Shown piece after piece: positions 6,672-14,234 of a stretch of DNA of 41,862 nucleotides. This stretch comes from a virus. The stretch lies in the IMG/VR virus record IMGVR_UViG_3300045988_057496, one strand, 5' to 3'. The stretch's first letter is position 1. Every line of letters starts with the position of its first letter. The notes under the pieces are model-generated. The model worked only from the letters and a program-made list of their open reading frames with translations, was not told the origin of the DNA and did not search any database. Position numbers and translations under genes: made by a program.

Positions 6672-7156
6672 CCGCAGCGGCATGGCATTGATGGCCCTGA
6701 TTCGCGGAGAAACGGCATGGTTCGTATGGCACCGCACCGCGGCGGCAAAGCTTGGCATCGACATGCTTAGCAACGGCAAAGCACAGTGAAAATAGCATAG
6801 AAACGTTCGGAGCAGTGTACAGCAAAGGCTATGGTTGGCAGTGAAATCCAGTGCTACGGCAGCGCAAGGCGTTGCTACGCTGAGGCATGGCGATGCGAGG
6901 AAATGCAAAGGAGTGGCTATGAGGTGAACTGCTGTGCAGTGGCAGCGTATCGCAGCCCACCGCAACGCAGCGGCACTGAGAAGCACGGACAGGCAAGGCA
7001 AAGGCAGGGCGAGGTAGAGCGACGTTTTGCGAAGCAAAGGCAAGGCATGGAGATGCTTGGCAGCGGCATGGCGAAGCGAAGAAATGCGAATGAATTGCCA
7101 AGCTAAGAGCTGCAACGGCAAAGCAAAGTGATTTTTTACGAAAGGAGGTTAAACAC
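6672..7156. repeat. Non-coding purine-rich (GA/GGCA-word) spacer with dispersed degenerate direct repeats
   Basis: GCAACGGCAAAGCAmAGTGA occurs at 6770-6789 and 7112-7131 (19/20). GCAGCGGCATGGC occurs at 6674-6686 and 7060-7072. A 33-mer at 6884-6916 matches 7065-7097 (about 27/33). There is no SD-led ORF. Confidence 0.7.
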
Positions 7157-7771
7157 ATGAACCAGTTGGCAAAAAGAGCGCAGATCAAAGACCTTTCCAA
7201 CAAGGCGGAGGGCATCTTCCACTTTGTAGGAAAAGATAATGTTCTGTTCCGGCTTATCAGCACGGGGAACGAGTTGACAAGCGATATCAATCACGCCGTG
7301 GCGCTGTTCACCAATTTTGCCCGGTATGAAAAATTGGGGGACCAGGAGACGCGGAGCGTCATCAATGGGATTTACCGCCGAGTTGGGAAGCTTATGTGTC
7401 TGATTGATATTATCCACGCGGCGGCAGGCGAGCAAATCATGCCGGAGCCGTACGAGTCCATAGATTTTTGTTACATGAACGAATATCGCACCTTGCTCAG
7501 GGAAGCGGTTATTAAAGGGATGCCGGACAACTACAAAGGACCTCAGCAAAATCCGTTTCAGGTAAGGCTTGTAAAGCCTTCCATTGCGTATGGTGCAGAT
7601 TACCAGCCGGATGAGTACGATGATGATTTTTTTACAAATTTCGTTCGTAAGGAAGAACCGAGAGATCGAAAGCTTGTTTTTCGGTGCACAAAATCCGAGC
7701 TGGAATCCATCATGCGATACGCAAACATCATCGATGTAAAGTTTACAGAGGAGGAAATTCATCATGGCTGA
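7157..7771 (+). CDS. Hypothetical protein (204 aa), lower G+C
   Basis: SD AAAGGAGG precedes ATG 7157. It lies immediately upstream of, and overlaps, the RecT-like gene. Confidence 0.7.
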   Translation: MNQLAKRAQIKDLSNKAEGIFHFVGKDNVLFRLISTGNELTSDINHAVALFTNFARYEKLGDQETRSVINGIYRRVGKLMCLIDIIHAAAGEQIMPEPYESIDFCYMNEYRTLLREAVIKGMPDNYKGPQQNPFQVRLVKPSIAYGADYQPDEYDDDFFTNFVRKEEPRDRKLVFRCTKSELESIMRYANIIDVKFTEEEIHHG

Positions 7772-8456
7772 AACAGTCAAAGCACCCGTTGAGCAACTTC
7801 AGATGGCGAAGCAGCTCTCCACCACCGCGCCCGCTCCTGCAGCCCCGGTTCTTACGCAGAAGCCTCAGAACCAAACTTACGCGGAAAAGGTACAGGGGCT
7901 CACCGTGGAGGAGAGAAAGTGGATGCTCTCGAAATCGAAGGCTTCCGCATTGGCACAGTTGCCGGAGGGCTTCTTGCCTGCCACCTACGCCGGGAACCCC
8001 GGTTCTTGCGCAATCGCCTGCGACATGGCACAGCGCATGGGGGTTTCAGAGCTCTTTGTCATGCAGAACCTGTATATCGTCTATGGTCAGCCCACATGGA
8101 GCGGAAAAAGCTGCAAAGCTCTGATCGACAATAGCGGCCAGTTCGCAGGCCGCACTCGCTACCGCATGGAGGGGGAAGAAAACACTTCCTCTTGGGGCTG
8201 CCGGCTGATTGGCGTGGACAAGCTCACTGGCGAAAAGGTCGAAGGCCCAAAGGTCACCGTAAAGATGGCCAAAGATAATGGTTGGTGGGACAAGAAAGGC
8301 AGTTACTGGCCCCGTATGACCGAAATGATGCTGAAATACCGCGCCGCAGCTTATTTTGCACGCGCTGAGTGCCCCGAAGTCTTGATGGGCGCAAACATCG
8401 ACTATGAGGTCGGTTCCGGCGATGCCGAGGAAGACGGAGGTTTAACTCATGCTTAA
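7764..8456 (+). CDS. recT: RecT-family single-strand annealing recombinase
   Basis: 230 aa. LYIVYGQPTWSGKSCKALIDNSGQF and WPRMTEMMLKYRAAAYFARAECPEVLMG fit the RecT pattern. It is adjacent to SSB. Confidence 0.75.
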   Translation: MAETVKAPVEQLQMAKQLSTTAPAPAAPVLTQKPQNQTYAEKVQGLTVEERKWMLSKSKASALAQLPEGFLPATYAGNPGSCAIACDMAQRMGVSELFVMQNLYIVYGQPTWSGKSCKALIDNSGQFAGRTRYRMEGEENTSSWGCRLIGVDKLTGEKVEGPKVTVKMAKDNGWWDKKGSYWPRMTEMMLKYRAAAYFARAECPEVLMGANIDYEVGSGDAEEDGGLTHA

Positions 8457-8928
8457 CGTTGTGGCATTGATGGGCCGTTTGGTGGCCGACCCGGAGCTGA
8501 AGACCACCCAGAGCGGGAACAGCGTGTGCACGTTCCGCATCGCCGTTGACCGCGGTTATGTTCCGCAGGGCGAAGAGCGCCAGGCGGATTTCATCACGGT
8601 CACCGCGTGGCGCAAGACGGCGGAGTTTGTCTCGAAGTATTTCCAGAAAGGCAGCATGATCTCCGTGCAGGGCCGTCTGGAGACCCGGCAATATCAGGAC
8701 AAGAACGGTAACAACCGCACAGCAACCGAGGTCCTCGCCGCAGAAGTCGGCTTTTGCGGTCCAAAGGCGGCAGACAAGCCCGCCACGGCGTCCTACGAGA
8801 AGCAGACGGCAAATCATGTGCGAGAAGCAAACGCCGCGCACAGCGCCCAGCAGCAGCCTCAGAGCTACGCACAGGGCAGCGACGACGACTTCGCCGAGAT
8901 TTCCGACGCGGACGATCTCCCATTCTGA
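8449..8928 (+). CDS. ssb: Single-stranded DNA-binding protein
   Basis: The N-terminus is an OB fold (MLNVVALMGRLVADPELKTTQSGNSVCTFRIAV...ITVTAWRKTAEFVSKYFQKGSMISVQGRLETRQYQDKNG). The acidic tail ends DDLPF. Confidence 0.95.
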   Translation: MLNVVALMGRLVADPELKTTQSGNSVCTFRIAVDRGYVPQGEERQADFITVTAWRKTAEFVSKYFQKGSMISVQGRLETRQYQDKNGNNRTATEVLAAEVGFCGPKAADKPATASYEKQTANHVREANAAHSAQQQPQSYAQGSDDDFAEISDADDLPF

Positions 8929-9053
8929 TTTTGGCAGCTGTGCTATCTGGCTATACGGGCGTGCAAGGAAGGAGGTGAGCCGAAACGAAAGAGATAGAAA
9001 AAAAGAGTATAATTCTCTACAAGTCATGGAAAAAACCGCTGCGTCGCCTATCC

Positions 9054-9749
9054 TTGGAACAAAAAGGCCGCATTTTTGAGGCGCTGCTCGATTTTCCTGA
9101 ACAGCCGGAATTTGAAGACCCAATGCTTGTGATGGCATGGGACTTTATGGCTGACGCTCTGGAAGAAAACGATAAAAAGTGGGATGAAACGCGAGAAAAG
9201 CGTTCCGCTGCAGGGCGAAAAGGTGCAGAAGCAACAAACGGAAAGCGTCAGCAAAACGCGGCAAATCCGGCAAATGCCGATTTTGCCGAGCAAAAGCAGC
9301 AAAACGCGGCAAATCCGGCTGTATCTGTTACTGTTAATGATACTGTTAATGATACTGTTAATGTTATATCCCCTAACGGGGATATATATAATAGCGCCGC
9401 CGCCGTTGACGTAGAACTTTCTAAAATCGTCCAGCATTATCAGCAGGCCGTTGGAGACTTCCCGCGCTCTGCGCTGGACAAGCTGCAGAAGTGGAGGCAG
9501 GAGTACAGCACAGAGATGATCTTGCTGGCGATTGACAAGGCCACAGAAGCCGGGAAGCGGTCATGGAACTACATCAACGGCATATTGTCCGGATGGAAAC
9601 GGGACGGCCTGCGTACGCCGGGAGACGTGGAAGCCAACGAACAAAGCCGACAAGCCAGACCGAGGGGCAAGCAGCCAACCGAGACCATAGACGACCAGCT
9701 TACCCGGGTGCTGGCGAAGATGGACAGAGAAAGAGGGTTTGAGACATGA
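9054..9749 (+). CDS. DnaD-domain replisome organiser / replication initiator (start uncertain)
   Basis: The C-terminal IVQHYQQAVG..LDKLQKWRQEYSTEMILLAIDKATEAGKRSWNYINGILSGWKRDGLRT fits the DnaD/DnaB_2 pattern. The TTG 9054 start lacks an SD, and the frame stays open upstream to 8979 behind a strong SD (8965-8978). Confidence 0.8.
   Translation: MEQKGRIFEALLDFPEQPEFEDPMLVMAWDFMADALEENDKKWDETREKRSAAGRKGAEATNGKRQQNAANPANADFAEQKQQNAANPAVSVTVNDTVNDTVNVISPNGDIYNSAAAVDVELSKIVQHYQQAVGDFPRSALDKLQKWRQEYSTEMILLAIDKATEAGKRSWNYINGILSGWKRDGLRTPGDVEANEQSRQARPRGKQPTETIDDQLTRVLAKMDRERGFET
9249..9394. repeat. Iteron-like repeats, hairpin and AT-rich tract inside the organiser gene (candidate ori)
   Basis: A 23-bp perfect direct repeat CAGCAAAACGCGGCAAATCCGGC occurs at 9249-9271 and 9297-9319. 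A 12-bp tandem CTGTTAATGATA runs x3 (9331-9366, with a partial unit at 9325-9330). The hairpin ATATCCCCtaacGGGGATAT is at 9366-9385, followed by atatatataatag. Confidence 0.6.
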
Positions 9750-10315
9750 CACGGGAAGACGTGGCAAAGCTGATCCGCATGAATTTTGTACTGTACAAGT
9801 TGGGCTCCAAGCCACTGACCGATGAAGAGATGCAGACCACCATCGATGTGTGGACGTACCAGTTTGGCGACTATGACGGCGATACTGTCAAGCGGGCTTT
9901 TCTGGCAGCGAACCGGGTATGCGTTTATCCGGTTACGGTGGCCGACATCTTCAAGCAACTTTCCCAGTGTCTTGACCCGTCCGCTGAATGGGAAGCTCTG
10001 GCTATAGCGGCGCGCAAGGCACAGACATTTTTGAGCTGGAGCAAGTTCCCGAGGATCATCGGCATTGACGAAAAGGGCGGGCTGCTGCGTAGTGACGGAC
10101 AGAAAGAACTGCAAGCCCTGTATGACCAACTCCCCCCGGCGGCAAAATCCTATGCCGGGAGCGTGGGAGGGCTGGCAGAGCTGGCTGAAATGCCAGACCT
10201 TACATACCGCCGTGCCGAGTTTTTGAAGCAGGCGCAGTCCGATATCACCACTGCCCCCCGTGAAGCGGTAAGGCTGCGGGCGAGCGAGACGACAAGGAAG
10301 GAGATTACAAAATGA
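9746..10315 (+). CDS. Putative replicative-helicase loader (SPP1 G39P-like)
   Basis: 189 aa. The N-terminal REDVAKLIRMNFVLYK...MQTTIDVWTYQFGDYDGDTVKRAFLAANRVCVYPVTVADI fits the G39P loader pattern. It directly follows the organiser gene. Confidence 0.55.
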   Translation: MTREDVAKLIRMNFVLYKLGSKPLTDEEMQTTIDVWTYQFGDYDGDTVKRAFLAANRVCVYPVTVADIFKQLSQCLDPSAEWEALAIAARKAQTFLSWSKFPRIIGIDEKGGLLRSDGQKELQALYDQLPPAAKSYAGSVGGLAELAEMPDLTYRRAEFLKQAQSDITTAPREAVRLRASETTRKEITK

Positions 10316-10809
10316 GCGAAAAACGTATGGTCTACGCGGAGGACGTGATCCAGAGAATCCGAGACCTAGCCCCGGAAATCCTGGGCGGCTTGTATAACCC
10401 AGACATGGAGAACGAGTTGGAGCAGCTTGTTTGCGTTGTTGAAAGCACTCCGACGTCAGCAGATACGGACGTCCAGCGCTGGCGCAAGACCGCAGAAGAG
10501 CCACCGACTGAAAAAGATTCTGCGCACGGAAATGTTCTCGTGAAGTACATGGATGCGACTTTTGCTCAATCAGCGATGTGGGACACCGTGGCCAGTGCAC
10601 CAGATCTTTTCACGCTTTGGATGCCCATGCCTAAACTGCCGGGCGAACGTCCCAAAAAGCTTTACTGGCGTGAAAAAGCATTCTATACAATTTGCCCCGT
10701 TTGCGGATATGAATGCAACGATGATTATTACCTTGACAAATTTTGTCCAGGATGTGGAACACGCCTTTGGTTTAACGAGGAGAAAGACGAAAATGAACAC
10801 ACCGTGTAA
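10312..10809 (+). CDS. Hypothetical protein with C-terminal zinc ribbon (CPVCG...CPGCG)
   Basis: 165 aa. The start overlaps the previous stop (ATGA). Confidence 0.65.
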   Translation: MSEKRMVYAEDVIQRIRDLAPEILGGLYNPDMENELEQLVCVVESTPTSADTDVQRWRKTAEEPPTEKDSAHGNVLVKYMDATFAQSAMWDTVASAPDLFTLWMPMPKLPGERPKKLYWREKAFYTICPVCGYECNDDYYLDKFCPGCGTRLWFNEEKDENEHTV

Positions 10810-11008
10810 AAACTGCCCCGCACGGCACCCGATCTGTCACGATAGCTGCCCGAAGTACGCCGAGTACAAGCGCCAGCGCGGCGCAGAAGCCGCTTACACC
10901 AGAGAGATGCTGGACACAGGCAAGGTCTACCACTACGACCACGAGGACCGCCACCGGGAGCGGGGACGCAAGAAGTACATGGGAGCGAACGGAGGAGCGG
11001 ACAGATGA
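10793..11008 (+). CDS. Small Cys-rich protein (NCPARHPICHDSCPKY)
   Basis: 71 aa from ATG 10793. The track ORF from 10553 is upstream read-through. Confidence 0.5.
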   Translation: MNTPCKNCPARHPICHDSCPKYAEYKRQRGAEAAYTREMLDTGKVYHYDHEDRHRERGRKKYMGANGGADR

Positions 11009-11021
11009 AGGAGGAACAAGC

Positions 11022-12182
11022 ATGAAAACCGTACAGGAGATTATGGCTGAAAATGGCTCTTTGGCAAACATCGAGCGTTTTCAGACGATGCAGAAGTGGG
11101 ATTACAAGCGCAAGGTGGAGCACGCGCAGGAAATGGCCGAGGCATTCTACTACTGGGCAAAAGAGCACGACAAGGGCGTGCACCTGTCCGTGGGAGGCCT
11201 GGATTCCATCACGCTGCACTACTTTTTGGAGAGCATCGGGCTGCCCGTTACATGCGTGTCCTGCTCCTCGCTGGAAGGCAAAGGCGTACAGCAGGTGCAC
11301 AAGCAGATGGCAGCAGAGATGGAGACCGAATACAAAAACTGGATGGGCGATGGCGAAGCCCCGTCCTTCGTGTTCCTGAAGCCGTTGAAAAGCAAGGTTC
11401 AGGTCTTGCAGGAATTTGGCTGGCCAGTCATCAGCAAAGAAAAGGCTGGCAAGATCATGCTGCTGCAAAACCCGACAGAGCAAAACGCAACCGTGCGGCA
11501 TGCGATCATCACCGGGGAAACCGGCGAATACGGCGGATGGCAGAAAAACAGCCGGATGAAACTGCCGCAAAAGTGGCTCGACCTGTTTGGCGGCGCAGAC
11601 GCGGAGGGTGCGGCGCTTGGGTATCAGGCGGCCCCATTCAAAGTATCAGACCGCTGCTGCTACTATCTCAAGGAAAAGCCATGCAACGACTGGGCGCGTG
11701 AACACAACAGCGTTCCCTATATGGGCCTTATGGCCAGTGAGGGCGGGCGGCGCGAAAAGAGCCTGAAGATGCACGGATGCAATTACTTCGGCAAGACCAC
11801 CACCAGAAGTGCGCCCTTTGCCATTTTTGACCGACAGGACGTTTTGCAGCTTGCGCTGGACCTGGACGTGCCTATTCCCGCCGAATATGGCGAGATCGCA
11901 AAGGATAGAGACGGCAAGCTGTACACCACCAAAGCGCAGCGCACGGGCTGCACAATGTGCGGATTTGGGATCCACGTCGAGGGCAGGCCGCATCGGTTTG
12001 ATATTTTGCGAGAGACAAACCCAAAAGAGTGGGAGTTCTGGATGAAGCACGTCTGCCGGGATGAAAACGGCAACTGGTACGGCTGGGGCCGTGTGTTGGA
12101 CTATATCGGCATCGGCTGGGAAGATGTGCCGGAGCAAGCCGTGCAGATGCACATTGACGATTTGATGGGGGTTGAGAAGTGA
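11022..12182 (+). CDS. PAPS-reductase-family PP-loop protein (DndC-like; possible DNA-modification enzyme)
   Basis: 386 aa. PP-loop SVGGLDSITLHYF, and VSDRCCYYLKEKPCNDW typical of phage PAPS-reductase-like proteins. Confidence 0.8.
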   Translation: MKTVQEIMAENGSLANIERFQTMQKWDYKRKVEHAQEMAEAFYYWAKEHDKGVHLSVGGLDSITLHYFLESIGLPVTCVSCSSLEGKGVQQVHKQMAAEMETEYKNWMGDGEAPSFVFLKPLKSKVQVLQEFGWPVISKEKAGKIMLLQNPTEQNATVRHAIITGETGEYGGWQKNSRMKLPQKWLDLFGGADAEGAALGYQAAPFKVSDRCCYYLKEKPCNDWAREHNSVPYMGLMASEGGRREKSLKMHGCNYFGKTTTRSAPFAIFDRQDVLQLALDLDVPIPAEYGEIAKDRDGKLYTTKAQRTGCTMCGFGIHVEGRPHRFDILRETNPKEWEFWMKHVCRDENGNWYGWGRVLDYIGIGWEDVPEQAVQMHIDDLMGVEK

Positions 12183-12379
12183 TGAAAAAGTCATACACTG
12201 TTCTCCCTTGCCCAAAGTGCGGGAGCGGACTTATTGCATGGGGAAAGAAAATCAAGTCAGTTAATCCGAAGCTCACAGTGCTGTCAGACCCGGGGACTGA
12301 ACTTTGTTGTTTGATGTGCGGGCATTACGCACCAACACTCAAGCAGTGGAACAGCGAGGAACGGAAAAAATGCACTTGA
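12179..12379 (+). CDS. Small zinc-ribbon protein, Lar-like (possible restriction alleviation)
   Basis: 66 aa. CPKCGS...CLMCGH followed by TLKQWNSEE resembles the Lar-family ending (..AIEAWNRR). GTG 12179 or ATG 12182 could be the start. Confidence 0.45.
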   Translation: MMKKSYTVLPCPKCGSGLIAWGKKIKSVNPKLTVLSDPGTELCCLMCGHYAPTLKQWNSEERKKCT

Positions 12380-12741
12380 CCCTCTACGGCGACCCGCGAA
12401 CCAAGAAAAACTCTGTCCGCATCCTCAAAAGCCGCTCAGGCGGGCGCTTTGTGGCCCCTAGCAAGGCTTACGTGGATTATGAGACGGATTGCCTGCGGCA
12501 AATCAAAAGGCCGCGCAGACCCATCTCTGCCCGCGTGAACGTGAGGTGCGTATACTACATGAAAACCGCCCGCCGGGTCGATCTGGCAAACCTCATCGAG
12601 GCTACAACGGACATTCTGGTTAAAGCCCGCGTGCTGGAGGACGACAACAGCAAGATCGTTGCCGCCCACGATGGCAGCCGGGTGCAGCTTGACCGAAAAC
12701 AGCCACGGGTGGAAATTGAGATTGAAGAAATGGAGGAGTAG
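12370..12741 (+). CDS. rusA: RusA-family Holliday-junction resolvase
   Basis: 123 aa from ATG 12370. YGDPRTKKNS... and DLANLIEATTDILVKARVLEDDNSKIV match RusA motifs. Confidence 0.85.
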   Translation: MHLTLYGDPRTKKNSVRILKSRSGGRFVAPSKAYVDYETDCLRQIKRPRRPISARVNVRCVYYMKTARRVDLANLIEATTDILVKARVLEDDNSKIVAAHDGSRVQLDRKQPRVEIEIEEMEE

Positions 12742-12744
12742 AAC

Positions 12745-13023
12745 GTGTCTCAATTATTCGGTATTTTGCTTTTTGTCTTTTTGATATCAATAACCGCATG
12801 GGGGCTATTTTTTGACTTCAAAAACCCATTCAAGCCACAAAAAGACCCTCGGTTGTGCGAACGATGTATCCACTTGGTCAAAAAGTTCCCAGATGGAAAC
12901 GAAAAGTACAACAGATATATTTGCTCTGTAAACAAAGAAAAAGTCAAAGGGTATGACATTTCGCCCGAATATTGCCGCGATTTTGAGGAAAGGAGCACCA
13001 ATGACCCACACATGGACACCTGA
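12745..13023 (+). CDS. AT-rich small membrane-anchored hypothetical protein
   Basis: 92 aa with a GTG start. N-terminal TM (LFGILLFVFLISITAWGLFF) and a CxxC...C pattern. Confidence 0.5.
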   Translation: MSQLFGILLFVFLISITAWGLFFDFKNPFKPQKDPRLCERCIHLVKKFPDGNEKYNRYICSVNKEKVKGYDISPEYCRDFEERSTNDPHMDT

Positions 13024-13498
13024 CACCGACACACCAAAGCCTGACAGCGGCGTGGACTACCGCATCGTCAAAGCATGGTTTCAGCAGTGCCGGGACGGTC
13101 AAAAGACCGTTGAGGCACAGCGTGCAAAAATTGCACAGATAAGGCTGCTTGCCAGCCATATCACGCCCAGCATGATGGGCATGCCTCTGGCACCGGGCAA
13201 CGGGGACAAGGTTGGAGAGGGCGCCGCAAACATCGTGGATGAGCGGCGCAGGCTCCAGCGGATGGAAACCGACCTGTGCAATCTGCGTATCGAGGCTACC
13301 CGGCGGGCATACTGCCTGTATGAGCTGCCGGAATGCGCAAAGGCCATCTGCGAATACTACGTCAACGGCAAGACGCAAACGGTCATTGCGCAGGAATCGG
13401 GCTTTCTCGACCCGCGCGTCATTCGGAGCCGGATCAAGCGAGGGCTTATCACTCTAGCGGAAATCTGGGACAGTTTTGATAAAAACACACAAAAATAA
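13001..13498 (+). CDS. Late-gene transcriptional activator candidate (ArpU/RinA/sigma-70 region-4-like)
   Basis: 165 aa, ATG 13001 after GGAAAGGAG. The C-terminal CAKAICEYYVNGKTQTVIAQESGFLDPRVIRSRIKRGLITLAEI is a region-4-type HTH. It is the last gene before the packaging module. Confidence 0.65.
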   Translation: MTHTWTPDTDTPKPDSGVDYRIVKAWFQQCRDGQKTVEAQRAKIAQIRLLASHITPSMMGMPLAPGNGDKVGEGAANIVDERRRLQRMETDLCNLRIEATRRAYCLYELPECAKAICEYYVNGKTQTVIAQESGFLDPRVIRSRIKRGLITLAEIWDSFDKNTQK

Positions 13499-13524
13499 AG
13501 CATGTTTTTATACACGCGGTGTCC

Positions 13525-13533
13525 TGTTAAAAT
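13525..13533 (+). promoter_or_regulatory. Extended -10 promoter element TGtTAAAAT
   Basis: TG 13525-13526 and TAAAAT 13528-13533. The -35 is weak. Confidence 0.35.
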
Positions 13534-13539
13534 CCTCAT

Positions 13540-13972
13540 GGATAGGCTAAAATAATTACAAGCGATTCAGCGCTTTGAGCGCGACGCTTGCTACGCGGCC
13601 TCCGAAACGGTTCCACCCGGCTGGTTTTCATGCTTTCCCGTTCCTTCCCCGTTTCGTGGGCTGCTTCTATGCGAGATTCCGAAACGGCTCCGCTCAGAGC
13701 TGCGCAACTTTGAGCGCAATGGGCAGGTTCGAGGCCTTCCTCTCCGCGCGGTTTGACTCCGCGATCTCGCACCGTAACGCGGGGCAGCTGTACCCGCAAC
13801 CGCCTGACGCATGGGGCCCATCACCCCACCGGCAACACCTCCTTTCTGGCTTTTTCTTCTCTATGTCACACGCATTTTTCCATAACAGCAGAGCCGGAAT
13901 CCTAAGCGCGCCGTTCCTTGCGCGCCGGATGTGCGTCAACAAAGCCCCGAGACCGCAAACCCGGGGCTTTTT
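13540..13972 (+). ncRNA. Candidate ~430-nt structured non-coding RNA (possible large ornate RNA class; may extend to the tRNA at 14061)
   Basis: No credible ORF: the only long ORF, 13575-14084, runs into tRNA-Trp. The region is GC-rich with many local hairpins. Internal repeats include TCCGAAACGG (13601, 13679) and TTTGAGCGC (13574, 13709). It ends at a strong terminator and lies adjacent to tRNAs. Confidence 0.45.
13941..13972 (+). terminator. Intrinsic terminator
   Basis: AAAGCCCCG (13941-13949), a 12-nt loop, then CGGGGCTTTTT (13962-13972). Confidence 0.65.
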
Positions 13973-14060
13973 CAATGCTATATGGCCGTCTGAGCGCAGT
14001 CTGGAGCGCGTGTCAGCTGAGATATTGCTGGCTGGTTCGAGTCCAAGGGCGGTGTTTTAT

Positions 14061-14135
14061 ATTCCCGTAGCTCAAGAGTGGTAGAGCAGCGGTCTCCAAA
14101 ACCGCCGGTTGCAGGTTCGAGTCCTGCCGGGAGTG
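14061..14135 (+). tRNA. trnW: tRNA-Trp (anticodon CCA)
   Basis: Hand-folded cloverleaf: acceptor ATTCCCG/CGGGAGT, D arm GCTC-aagagtggta-GAGC, anticodon arm GCGGT-CTCCAAA-ACCGC, T arm GCAGG-TTCGAGT-CCTGC, discriminator G. Confidence 0.85.
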
Positions 14136-14234
14136 CTTGCGTTGACTGGGTAGACGGAAAACGCGATAGCGGAGCATCTGGCCGCGAAAGTTCCGGATGC
14201 AGCGGTTTCACCGACATGGAGCCGCTTGTTTTAT

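Noticed and set aside
6021-7121. 366-aa minus-strand ORF, and the 91-aa plus-strand ORF 6831-7106, over the GA-rich spacer
   Set aside because: Both translate the repeat words into low-complexity sequence, and neither has a properly spaced SD. The region is treated as non-coding repeat DNA.
6672-7156. Diversity-generating retroelement template/variable repeat pair
   Set aside because: There is no reverse transcriptase anywhere in the genome. The differences between repeat copies are not adenine-specific, and neither copy lies in a gene.
9325-9366. Tandem 12-bp repeats considered as a mini CRISPR-like array
   Set aside because: The units are contiguous with no spacers and in-frame inside a gene. 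They are interpreted as iterons.
9569-10600. 343-aa minus-strand ORF
   Set aside because: It is antisense to the organiser, loader and zinc-ribbon genes, and its composition is Pro/Arg/Ser-rich junk.
13975-14055. Possible additional tRNA suggested by GGTTCGAGTCC (14034-14044)
   Set aside because: I could not build an acceptor stem or anticodon arm, and the T stem pairs at only 3 of 5 positions. It is probably a T-loop-like motif belonging to the upstream structured RNA, or a tRNA remnant.
13575-14084. 169-aa plus-strand ORF over the non-coding RNA block
   Set aside because: It has a TTG start without an SD, it reads through a strong terminator and into tRNA-Trp, and its sequence is not protein-like.
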